From assembly GCA_963807235.1 (NCBI GenBank), contig CAWEBF010000025.1, forward strand, positions 77,214 to 141,213: a stretch of DNA of 64,000 nucleotides, read 5' to 3'. The number at the start of each line of letters is the position of its first letter. Position 1 is the stretch's first letter. A program made the translations under genes and the position numbers. Below are positions 1 to 8,052 of this stretch, piece by piece. Source of the DNA: an uncultured Acidobacteriota bacterium. Its GTDB lineage: Bacteria > Acidobacteriota > Vicinamibacteria > Vicinamibacterales > UBA2999. The notes beneath the pieces are model-generated. The model had not been told where the DNA came from. It worked only from the letters and a program-made list of their open reading frames with translations, and did no database searches.

Positions 1-2
1 AG

Positions 3-494
3 ATGTGGGACGTGCCGCGGGCGCTGCTCCCGGCCGCCAAGTACAACGCCATCCTGTTCTTCGTCCCCAACGTCGATGCCGGGTCCGAGTACTTCCTGTC
101 CAATCTGCGGGTGGCGGTCGGCGCGCCCGACACGCGCAACAAGCTGGTGACCCAGGGGAAGTTCGTTACCCACGGCATCCTGTTCGACGTCAACAGCGCC
201 AGCCTGAAGCCCGAGTCGTACGGCACGCTGAAAGAGATCGCCGGCGTGCTGACCGAGAACGCCGCCCTCAAGGTGCAGATCGTCGGGCACACCGACTCGG
301 ACGGCGACACCGCGCCCAACCTCGACCTGTCGAAGCGCCGCGCCGCGTCGGTGCGCGACGCGCTGGCCAAGGAGTTCTCGATCGACGCCGCGCGGCTGAC
401 AACCGACGGCAAGGGCGAGGGCGAGCCGATCGACAAGAACGAGACGCCGGCGGGCAAGGCGAACAACCGCCGCGTCGAGTTCATCAAGCAGTAG
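3..494 (+). CDS. OmpA-family (OmpA_C-like) protein, C-terminal part; 5' end lies outside the window
   Basis: ORF 3..494 is open at the window edge. It has an OmpA_C-type block VQIVGHTDSDGDTAPNLDLSKRRAASVRDAL...ANNRRVEFIKQ and a TAG stop. Confidence 0.85.
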   Translation: MWDVPRALLPAAKYNAILFFVPNVDAGSEYFLSNLRVAVGAPDTRNKLVTQGKFVTHGILFDVNSASLKPESYGTLKEIAGVLTENAALKVQIVGHTDSDGDTAPNLDLSKRRAASVRDALAKEFSIDAARLTTDGKGEGEPIDKNETPAGKANNRRVEFIKQ

Positions 495-501
495 GCGGCC
501 G

Positions 502-1737
502 ATGACTGCCATGACTCGCCGGCAGGCGATCTCGGCGCTCGCCGCGCTTCCGCTTGCCGCCGGGTCGGCCGCAGCGCAAACGCGGCCGGGCCCCAGGCGC
601 CGCGTCATTCTCGGAAACGGCACCGGCATCCTGCTGGCGGCCGACGGCACGCTGCACATGTGGATCCGGCAGCCCTCGGAAGAGGACGCCGCGCGGAGTT
701 CGCTCGGGCGCAGCGATACCCAACCCGTGAAGGCGTTCACGCTTGTCGCGGTGCCGGGCCTTTCTGACGTCGTCGCCGTGTCCGCCGGGTGGAACTGCAC
801 CTTCGCGGTCCTGAAGGACGGCCGCCTGCTGGCCTGGGGCAAGAATCCCAACGGTCGGCTGGGCACCACCACGCAGGCGCAGATGGAGACGCTGGCGTCG
901 TGGTCGCCGAACGAGTCGAGCGTGCCGATTCCTCTGTCCACGCGGTTCGACGCGGTGGACGTATCCGCGGGCGACGACCACGCCCTTGCGCTGGCGCGCG
1001 ACGGGAGCGTGTACGCCTGGGGAGTCGGCAAGGATGGACAACTGGGGATCGGCCCGATGCCCGCCATCAACTTCCGGACCAGCACGCCGGCGGCGTTGAC
1101 CTACATGCCGGTCCCGGTGCGCGTGCCCGATCTCGGGGACGTGACCGCCATCAGCGCGGGCAGCAACCAGTCGCTGGCGCTGCTCAAGGACGGCACGGTC
1201 CGCGCGTGGGGCTACAACAAGAACGGAGAAGTTGGCGACGGCACCACCATGAATCGAGATCGCCCGATGCCGGTGCCAGGCGTGCGCGACGCGGTGGCGA
1301 TCGCCGCGTGCGGGATGTTTTCGATGGCGTTGCTGGCGGATGGCATCGTGATGGTGTGGGGCGCCAGAGGTTTCAACAACAAGCCCGTGGGTGGGACGCG
1401 GCCGGCGCCGTTGCCCGGTCTGCGCGGCATCAAGGCCATCGCCGGTGGTCTGGCATACGGCGTCGCACTGACCGAGGCTGGGACCGTGATGACCTGGGGC
1501 GACAACGCGCACTCGCAGCTGGGCCGTGGCCGCAACGTGCCGGAGACCCCAGGCGTGATCAAGGAGCTGACCGGCGTGCAGTCGATCGCCGCCAGAATCG
1601 AAACCTCGACCGCCGTCCTGGAGTCGGGTCGAATCATGACGTGGGGTGCGGTCCGCGAGTTCAACCGCGACGGCCGCCCTTCTCAGTACAGCGCGTCGCC
1701 CATCCCGCTGTCGGTGGACGGTCTGGGGAATCCGTGA
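502..1737 (+). CDS. exported RCC1-repeat beta-propeller protein
   Basis: ORF 502..1737. Tat/Sec-like leader MTRRQAISALAALPLAAGSAAAQ, followed by repeated RCC1-type motifs WGKNPNGRLG, WGVGKDGQLG, WGYNKNGEVGDG and WGDNAHSQLGRG. Confidence 0.8.
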   Translation: MTAMTRRQAISALAALPLAAGSAAAQTRPGPRRRVILGNGTGILLAADGTLHMWIRQPSEEDAARSSLGRSDTQPVKAFTLVAVPGLSDVVAVSAGWNCTFAVLKDGRLLAWGKNPNGRLGTTTQAQMETLASWSPNESSVPIPLSTRFDAVDVSAGDDHALALARDGSVYAWGVGKDGQLGIGPMPAINFRTSTPAALTYMPVPVRVPDLGDVTAISAGSNQSLALLKDGTVRAWGYNKNGEVGDGTTMNRDRPMPVPGVRDAVAIAACGMFSMALLADGIVMVWGARGFNNKPVGGTRPAPLPGLRGIKAIAGGLAYGVALTEAGTVMTWGDNAHSQLGRGRNVPETPGVIKELTGVQSIAARIETSTAVLESGRIMTWGAVREFNRDGRPSQYSASPIPLSVDGLGNP

Positions 1738-1743
1738 CTTCCC

Positions 1744-2235
1744 CTACTGCAACCCTCCCCGCACGGACGTGATGATCCCGGTGTTGAGCCCGAACCAGTT
1801 CATGCGGCCCATGTAACGGGCGTGCTCGACCTTGAGGCACCGGTCCATCACCACCGAGAGACCGGCCGCCTCCGCGATGCGGCCGCCCTCCTCGTTGATC
1901 ACCGAGAACTGGCACCACAGGGCCTTCGCGCCGATAGCGGCGGCCTCCGTGGCGATCTCAGGCAGGGCGTCTGGCGCGCGGAAGACATTGACGATGTCCA
2001 CGGGCATGGGCACGTCGGCCAGCGTCTTGAAGCTCTGCTCGCCAAGGACCTCGCTTTCGCGCGGGTTGACCGGGATCACGCGATAGCGGTAGCGCTTCAG
2101 GTAGTAGCCGACGAAGTAGCTGGCGCGCAGCGGGTTGCTTCGACAGCCCGACGATCGCGATGGTCTTCGCGCCACGGATACCCGCTGAATCGTCGCCGGA
2201 TTCTGATAGCGCTTGAGGTCGAAGGGCGGCGTCAT
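1744..2235 (-). CDS. CoA-binding domain protein (YccU-like) with a locally out-of-frame N-terminal motif
   Basis: This is the 3' 492 nt of ORF 1744..3153. ATG 2235 overlaps the metY stop (ATGA). The C-terminal part reads NPLRASYFVGYYLKRYRYRVIPVNP...VDIVNVFR...AKALWCQF. The expected KTIAIVGLS motif is encoded in another frame at 2141-2170. Confidence 0.7.
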   Translation of the reverse strand: MTPPFDLKRYQNPATIQRVSVARRPSRSSGCRSNPLRASYFVGYYLKRYRYRVIPVNPRESEVLGEQSFKTLADVPMPVDIVNVFRAPDALPEIATEAAAIGAKALWCQFSVINEEGGRIAEAAGLSVVMDRCLKVEHARYMGRMNWFGLNTGIITSVRGGLQ

Positions 2236-3548
2236 CGCGACGCCACCTGATTCGCCGCCGACGCGGCCACGCGGGCGAAGCCCTGGTCGAGATCCCAGAT
2301 CAGATCCTCCACGGCCTCGATCCCGACCGACAGCCTGATCGTGCCTGGCCCGACGCCGGAGGCCTTGAGCTCGTCGTCGCTCAGCTGGCGGTGCGTGGTG
2401 CTGGCGGGGTGGATGATCAGGCTCTTGGCGTCGCCCACATTCGCCAGATGCGACCACAGCGTCACGGCGCGGATGAACTCCTGCCCCGCGGCCCGGCCTC
2501 CCTGGCAGTCGAAGGAGAACACGGCGCCCGCGCCGCCCGGCAAGTACTTCTGCACCAGTGGCCGGTAACGGCTCGCGGGAAGGCCGGAGTAGGTCACGTT
2601 CGATGCGAGGCTGTGCGTCTCGAGGTAGGCCGCGACCGCCCGGGCGTTCTCGACGTGACGGGTCATCCGCAGCGACAGCGTCTCCAGACCCTGCAGGAAC
2701 AGGAAGGCATTGAAAGGGCTCATCGCGGCGCCGAGGTCGCGCAGCGTTTCGGCCCGCAGCTTCATCAGGTACCCGTAAGTGCCGAAGGTCTCGTGAAACT
2801 CGAGGCCGTGATAGCCCGGCGACGGCTCCGCCACCACCGGGAAGCGGCCGTTCGACCAGTTGAACTGCCCGGAGTCCACCACCACGCCGCCGATGCTCGT
2901 GCCGTGCCCGCCGATGAACTTGGTGGCCGAGTGCAGGACGATGTCGGCGCCCCACTCCATCGGACGGCACAGGAACGGCGTGGCGAAGGTGTTGTCCACG
3001 AGCAGCGGTATGCCGTGCTCGTGGGCGATCGCCGACACGGCCTCGATGTCGAGCACGTTGCCCGCCGGATTGCCGATCGTTTCGGCAAAGAACGCCTTGG
3101 TGTTGGGGCGCACCGCGGCCTTCCAGGCCGCCGCGTCGTCGGGATTGACCCACGTCAGCTCGACCGACAGCTTGCGGAACAGGTGCTTCAGCTGGTTCAC
3201 CGTGCCGCCGTAGAGAGCCGACGAGGACACCACGTGGTCGCCCGGTGTCAGGAGCGTGAAGAGCGCGGCAGCCTGCGCGGCGATGCCGCTGGCGAACGCC
3301 ACCGCGCCGCAGCCGCCCTCGAGGCTCGCGATGCGCTCCTCGAACGCGGCCACCGTCGGGTTCATGATGCGGGAGTAGGTGTTGCCGAACTCTTGCAGGT
3401 TGAAGTACGCCGCCGCCGACTCGGGGTCCTCGAAGACGTAGCTGGTCGTCTGATAGATCGGGATTGCCCGAGCGCCGGTGTTGGGGTCGGGTCGCTGCCC
3501 GGCGTGAACCTGACGTGTCTCGAACCCGAAGCGACGGGATTCTTCCAT
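2232..3548 (-). CDS. metY: O-acetylhomoserine sulfhydrylase (PLP-dependent)
   Basis: ORF 2232..3548, 438 aa. Typical N-terminus [10 protein letters not shown]...[10 protein letters not shown] and PLP-lysine motif [11 protein letters not shown]. It lies immediately downstream of metX on the same strand. Confidence 0.9.
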   Translation of the reverse strand: MEESRRFGFETRQVHAGQRPDPNTGARAIPIYQTTSYVFEDPESAAAYFNLQEFGNTYSRIMNPTVAAFEERIASLEGGCGAVAFASGIAAQAAALFTLLTPGDHVVSSSALYGGTVNQLKHLFRKLSVELTWVNPDDAAAWKAAVRPNTKAFFAETIGNPAGNVLDIEAVSAIAHEHGIPLLVDNTFATPFLCRPMEWGADIVLHSATKFIGGHGTSIGGVVVDSGQFNWSNGRFPVVAEPSPGYHGLEFHETFGTYGYLMKLRAETLRDLGAAMSPFNAFLFLQGLETLSLRMTRHVENARAVAAYLETHSLASNVTYSGLPASRYRPLVQKYLPGGAGAVFSFDCQGGRAAGQEFIRAVTLWSHLANVGDAKSLIIHPASTTHRQLSDDELKASGVGPGTIRLSVGIEAVEDLIWDLDQGFARVAASAANQVASR

Positions 3549-3561
3549 GAGCGCTGATCTC

Positions 3562-4761
3562 CTAGCGCGCGAGGAAGTCTTGAATCATCGGAGTCTGGCG
3601 CGCCTCCTCCAACAGGAAGCAGTCGTGTCCGTACGGCGCGTCGATGACGTGGAGCTCCACGCTTCTGCCGTGTGTCAGGAGCGCCTCGGCAAGCTCCTCG
3701 GATCCTGACGGGGGATACAGCCAGTCGGAGCTGAAGGCGATGAGCAGCGTGCGCGCCGACACCGTGCGAACCGCGTCTGCCAGACGTCCTCCGCCATATT
3801 GCCGTGCCAGGTCGAAGTACGAGAGCGCGCGAGAGGTATAGAGATAGGTGTTTGCGTCGAAGCGTTTCACGAACGACTCCGCCTGGTGCCGCAGGTAGTT
3901 CTCCACCTCGAACTCGGGCTCGGTGAGCACGTAGCGGATGTCGTCGGCGAACTGCAGGCGACGGCCGAATTTGGTGCCCACCGAAACCGCCGAGAGGTAC
4001 GTCATGTGCCCGAGCATCCGGGCCACGCCCATGCCCGCCGTCGGTGCCCGGCCTGTGCCGTAGTAGTGGCCCTTTTGCCAGTCTGGATCGGCGGTGATCG
4101 CGTTGCGGGCGATCGCGTTCCACGCCACCCCTTGCGGCTGCAGCGCGTGCGTGCTCGCGATTGGGATGATGGCGTCCACGTCGCCGGGGTAGGTCACCGC
4201 CCACTCCAGCGCCTGCATGCCCCCCAGCGATCCGCCAGCGACGGCGGCCAGCCGCCTAATGCCGAGCTGGCTGAGCAGGGCCCGCTCCACCCTGACCATG
4301 TCGGCCACGGTGACGACGGGGAAGTCGGAGCCGTACGGCCGTCCGGTCGCGGGGTTCGCGGACGACGGGCCTGTGGTGCCACGGCAGCCCCCCAGCAGGT
4401 TCGAGCTGACGACGAAGAACCGATCGGTGTCGAACGCCTTGCCCGGGCCGATCATGCCGTCCCACCAACCCAGGCCGCGGGCGGCGCCGGCATCGCGTTC
4501 TTCGGCGCGGAATCCGTCCCGTGTGGCGCTTTCGGCGGGAGTCGGTGAAAAGCCCGCCGCGTGTGCGTCGCCGCTCAGCGCGTGGCAGACCAGGATGACG
4601 TTGTCGCGGGCGGGCGACAGCGTCCCGTACGTTTCGTAGGCGACCCGTACCTCGGGCAGCGTTCGGCCGCAGTCGAGCTGCACGGGTTCCGGGAGATCCA
4701 GGAACTGCGTCGCGACCGTGCCCACCGAGCCGGCGTCGGGCCTTACCCGAGCTGTGGACAT
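3562..4761 (-). CDS. metX: homoserine O-acetyltransferase
   Basis: ORF 3562..4761. Hallmarks are VILVCHALSGDAH, the nucleophile elbow GGSLGGMQALEWA and the C-terminal DAPYGHDCFL. Confidence 0.9.
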   Translation of the reverse strand: MSTARVRPDAGSVGTVATQFLDLPEPVQLDCGRTLPEVRVAYETYGTLSPARDNVILVCHALSGDAHAAGFSPTPAESATRDGFRAEERDAGAARGLGWWDGMIGPGKAFDTDRFFVVSSNLLGGCRGTTGPSSANPATGRPYGSDFPVVTVADMVRVERALLSQLGIRRLAAVAGGSLGGMQALEWAVTYPGDVDAIIPIASTHALQPQGVAWNAIARNAITADPDWQKGHYYGTGRAPTAGMGVARMLGHMTYLSAVSVGTKFGRRLQFADDIRYVLTEPEFEVENYLRHQAESFVKRFDANTYLYTSRALSYFDLARQYGGGRLADAVRTVSARTLLIAFSSDWLYPPSGSEELAEALLTHGRSVELHVIDAPYGHDCFLLEEARQTPMIQDFLAR

Positions 4762-4899
4762 GCCGTGAATAGTAAGTCTGACGGGGCTCTGCCCCGCCCA
4801 GATTCAGTGTCTGCCTGGCCGCCGCTGCGCGGCGGCGTCGATGTATGATCCCGCCCTTACGCGAAGCCATCAGATAGATCGGTCTTCGGGAGATTCATC

Positions 4900-5454
4900 A
4901 TGGAAAATACGAAAGCGAACAACGGGGTCAACGTCGATGCGTTGCTTGCCGCCCGCGAAGTACTGAAGGGCGCACCGCAGGCAGCAAAGTTCACATGGCG
5001 TGCGTCCTGCAAATGGAAGAACGGCACGCACAGCGAAACCAGCATCCAGGGGTTTCACGGGCTCGGCGAGGAGCAGAAGCACAAGACTGAAACCTCCTTC
5101 AGCGCCGATCACCCCGAGGTCTTCGCCTCCGAGGATCTGGGCATCACGCCGGTGGAGTACCTGCTTGTTGGTCTGGCCAGCTGTTTGACCGCCGGGGTTG
5201 CCGCGGTCGCACAGAACCGTGGCATCCAGCTGCGCTCGGTCGAGTCGAGGGTCGAAGGCAAGATGGACATCCAGGGCATCCTGGGCATCGACAGCGACGT
5301 GCGCAACGGCTACGACGACATCAAGATCACGTTCAAGATCGACGCGGACGCCTCGAAGAAGGACATCGAAGCCCTGGTCGCGCAATCGCAGAAGCGCTCG
5401 GCGGTGTACGACGCGATCACGAACCCGACGAACGTGACCGTGGAAGTGCTGTAA
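4900..5454 (+). CDS. OsmC/Ohr-family protein
   Basis: ORF 4900..5454. OsmC-fold pattern ADHPEVFASEDLGITPVEYLLVGLASCLTAG...SAVYDAITNPTNV. Confidence 0.8.
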   Translation: MENTKANNGVNVDALLAAREVLKGAPQAAKFTWRASCKWKNGTHSETSIQGFHGLGEEQKHKTETSFSADHPEVFASEDLGITPVEYLLVGLASCLTAGVAAVAQNRGIQLRSVESRVEGKMDIQGILGIDSDVRNGYDDIKITFKIDADASKKDIEALVAQSQKRSAVYDAITNPTNVTVEVL

Positions 5455-5486
5455 CGCGCCGCGCGCGGAGCTGAGCCATCGAACGG

Positions 5487-6728
5487 ATCACAACGGTCGT
5501 CGTCGGCGCGGGACACGCCGGGCTGGCGGCGAGCCGCTGCCTGACCGAGCGCTCGATCGACCACGTGGTACTCGAGCGCGGGGAAGTCGCAGAGTCCTGG
5601 CGGCGTCAGCGGTGGGATTCCCTGCGGCTGCTGACGCCCAACTGGCAGAGCCGCCTGCCTGGCTTCTGCTACGAGGGCACCGATCCCGACGGCTTCATGA
5701 CGATGCCCGAGGTGATCGCCTTCATCTCGCGGTTCGCGCAGGCTGCGGCCGCCCCGGTTCGTCCGCACACTGTCGTCACATCGCTCCGGCAAGCCGACGA
5801 CGGGTACCACGTCGCCACGGACAACGGTGAGCTGCGGTGCCGCTGCGTGGTGCTCGCGAGCGGCGCCTGCAACATCGCCAACGTGCCGGCCGTGCGCCAG
5901 GCGATTCCTTCGTCGATCGAGTGTGTGTCGTCGCTCGACTACCGGAATCCCGGCCAGCTGCCGGAGGGTGGAGTGCTTGTCGTGGGCGCGTCCGCCAGCG
6001 GCGTGCAACTGGCCGACGAGATCAGCCGTTCGGGCCGGCCGGTCACGCTCTGCGTGGGCGAGCACGTGCGCATGCCGCGGACCTATCGCGGCCGCGACGT
6101 GCTGTGGTGGATGGAGGCGTCCGGCGTCTGGAACCAGCGCTACGACGAGATCGACGATTTGACCCGCGCGCGAGGCCTGCCGTCGCCCCAGCTGGTCGGG
6201 ACGCCCGAGCGCAGCACGCTGGATCTCAACGCGCTGCGAGCGTCCGGGGTCACGCTCGTCGGCCGGCTGGCTGCCGTGCGCGACGGCAAGGCGCTCTTCT
6301 CCGGCGGCTTGCGGAATCAATTCGCGTTGGCGGACCTGAAGATGGAGCGGCTGCTCGACACGTTCGACGAGTGGGCCCGCGAGCACGCGCGCGACGCGGA
6401 GATCGGCCCGCCGGAACGGTTCGAACCCACGCAGCCCCCGGTGTCGTCGCCCCTTGGGCTCGACCTCACGAGCGGGCGGATCCGCACGATCGTCTGGGCC
6501 ACTGGATCGCATCCGGACTACAGCTGGCTGGACGTGCCGGTGCTCGATCGCAAGGGTTTTCTGCGGCACGAGGGCGGCGTGGTGGATGCCCCCGGCCTGT
6601 ATGCGCTCGGGCTCCCTGTGCTGCGCCGCCGCAAATCCACCTTCATTCACGGTGCCGAGGACGACGCGCGCGACCTGATGGAGCACCTGGCCGGTTACCT
6701 TGCCCACGCGGGTAGTAGCGCCGTCTAA
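5487..6728 (+). CDS. FAD/NAD(P)-binding oxidoreductase (flavin-monooxygenase-like); start codon unresolved
   Basis: ORF 5565..6728 plus an in-frame upstream extension. The first dinucleotide-binding motif VVVGAGHAGLAAS is at 5496-5534, upstream of the first ATG/GTG/TTG. A second motif VLVVGASASGVQLADE lies inside the ORF. Confidence 0.7.
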   Translation: MTTVVVGAGHAGLAASRCLTERSIDHVVLERGEVAESWRRQRWDSLRLLTPNWQSRLPGFCYEGTDPDGFMTMPEVIAFISRFAQAAAAPVRPHTVVTSLRQADDGYHVATDNGELRCRCVVLASGACNIANVPAVRQAIPSSIECVSSLDYRNPGQLPEGGVLVVGASASGVQLADEISRSGRPVTLCVGEHVRMPRTYRGRDVLWWMEASGVWNQRYDEIDDLTRARGLPSPQLVGTPERSTLDLNALRASGVTLVGRLAAVRDGKALFSGGLRNQFALADLKMERLLDTFDEWAREHARDAEIGPPERFEPTQPPVSSPLGLDLTSGRIRTIVWATGSHPDYSWLDVPVLDRKGFLRHEGGVVDAPGLYALGLPVLRRRKSTFIHGAEDDARDLMEHLAGYLAHAGSSAV

Positions 6729-7449
6729 GGAGCGCCCGCTCAAGACGCTGGAGCGCGTGCTCTCCAAGGCGGGGGTCGGCTCCCGCGTCGAGGCCCGCAG
6801 CTGGATTCACGCCGGCCGCGTCACGGTGAACGGCATCCTGACTCGTAACCCGGACCAGTGGATCGACCTGGAGCGCGACCGCGTGCGGCTGGACGACAAG
6901 CCGTTGGTCGCTCGTGAGCGCCTGTACGTGCTGCTCTACAAGCCTGCTGGCTACCTGACGACCCACAAGGATCCTCAGGGCCGGCCGACTGTTTATGACC
7001 TTGTTGCCGACGTTGGCACGTTCCTGTCGCAGGTCGGGCGGCTGGACTTCGACACATCCGGCTTGCTGCTGATGACCAACGACACCCAGTTCGCCGAGCG
7101 CGTGACGAATCCGGAGTCGCACGTGACGAAGACCTATCTGGTGAAGGCCTCTGTGGTGCTGACCGACGCACAGCTTCAGCAGCTTCGCGACGGCATCGAG
7201 CTGGCCGACGGGCCCACCCGGCCTGCCACGGTCCGGCGCGTGCGCGACTCGGCGAAGTACACCCATTTCGAGATCGCCTTGACGGAAGGGCGGAACCGGC
7301 AAGTGCGACGGATGGTCGAGGCGCTGGATGCGCACGTGCTGAAGCTGGTGCGGGTGAAGATCGGGCCGCTGGCAATCGGGAAGCTGCCGATCGGCAAGTG
7401 GCGGCTGCTGACGCCTGCGGAAGTGCAGGCCGTCACGCGCAGGGCCTGA
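6700..7449 (+). CDS. pseudouridine synthase (RsuA/RluB family)
   Basis: ORF 6700..7449. S4-like N-terminus LERVLSKAGVGSRVEARSWIHAGRVTVNG and catalytic motif GRLDFDTSGLLLMTND. Confidence 0.85.
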   Translation: MPTRVVAPSKERPLKTLERVLSKAGVGSRVEARSWIHAGRVTVNGILTRNPDQWIDLERDRVRLDDKPLVARERLYVLLYKPAGYLTTHKDPQGRPTVYDLVADVGTFLSQVGRLDFDTSGLLLMTNDTQFAERVTNPESHVTKTYLVKASVVLTDAQLQQLRDGIELADGPTRPATVRRVRDSAKYTHFEIALTEGRNRQVRRMVEALDAHVLKLVRVKIGPLAIGKLPIGKWRLLTPAEVQAVTRRA

Positions 7450-7450
7450 C

Positions 7451-7918
7451 GTGCCGAAGGCGAAGACCAGCGCGGCGATTCTGCCGTATCGACTCTCGGA
7501 CGGACGGCTCGAGGTGTTCCTGGTGCACCCGGGCGGCCCGTTCTGGGCGAAGAAGGATCTCGGCGCCTGGTCGCTGGCGAAAGGCGAATTCGAGCCGCCG
7601 GAGGATGCGCTCGAGGCCGCGAAGCGGGAGTTCACGGAGGAGACCGGGTTCGAGGTGACCGGGGCGGTGACACCGCTGACGCCGAGAAAGCAGCCGAGCG
7701 GCAAGACGGTCCACGCGTGGGCTGTCGAAGCGGCCTACGACCCGGAGCAGGTGCGCAGCAACACGTTTCAGATGGAATGGCCCAGAGGCTCAGGCAGTCT
7801 GAAAGAGTTTCCGGAGATCGATCGCGCCGCCTGGTTTGACATCGACGAGGCCCGCCGGCGTCTGCTGCCGGGTCACGTCCCGTTCCTGGACGAGTTGGTG
7901 GCGCGGACGGCCAGCTGA
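7451..7918 (+). CDS. NUDIX hydrolase
   Basis: ORF 7451..7918. Nudix box GEFEPPEDALEAAKREFTEETGF. Confidence 0.8.
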   Translation: MPKAKTSAAILPYRLSDGRLEVFLVHPGGPFWAKKDLGAWSLAKGEFEPPEDALEAAKREFTEETGFEVTGAVTPLTPRKQPSGKTVHAWAVEAAYDPEQVRSNTFQMEWPRGSGSLKEFPEIDRAAWFDIDEARRRLLPGHVPFLDELVARTAS

Positions 7919-8052
7919 ACGGCGTCCGCCGATGGGACGTCTTGTTCCCGCGACCGGCCCGCTTACACGTCAGCGTCGTTTCGAGACAGCGCTTTCGCAG
8001 GCGCGAGCCCTTGGTATCACACTTGCTTCGTGCTTGTGCCCGGAAGGTCACG

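Noticed and set aside
484-1512. Very long ORFs antisense to, or out of frame with, recognisable genes. Examples are 484..1512(-), 5310..6767(-), 8593..10164(-), 15776..17596(+), 17621..18742(+), 21876..23147(+) and 1744..3153 upstream of 2235.
   Set aside because: Their translations are Arg/Ala/Gly/Pro-rich low-complexity strings typical of shadow frames in GC-rich DNA. Each fully overlaps an ORF with clear family signatures.
4762-4899. A possible SAM riboswitch or leader upstream of metX. Two GC hairpins are visible, for example GCCGCCGC-gca-GCGGCGGC.
   Set aside because: I could not find the conserved cores of the SAM-I, SAM-II or SAM-IV classes by eye. The hairpins alone are unremarkable in GC-rich intergenic DNA. 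A covariance-model scan (Rfam/Infernal) would be needed.
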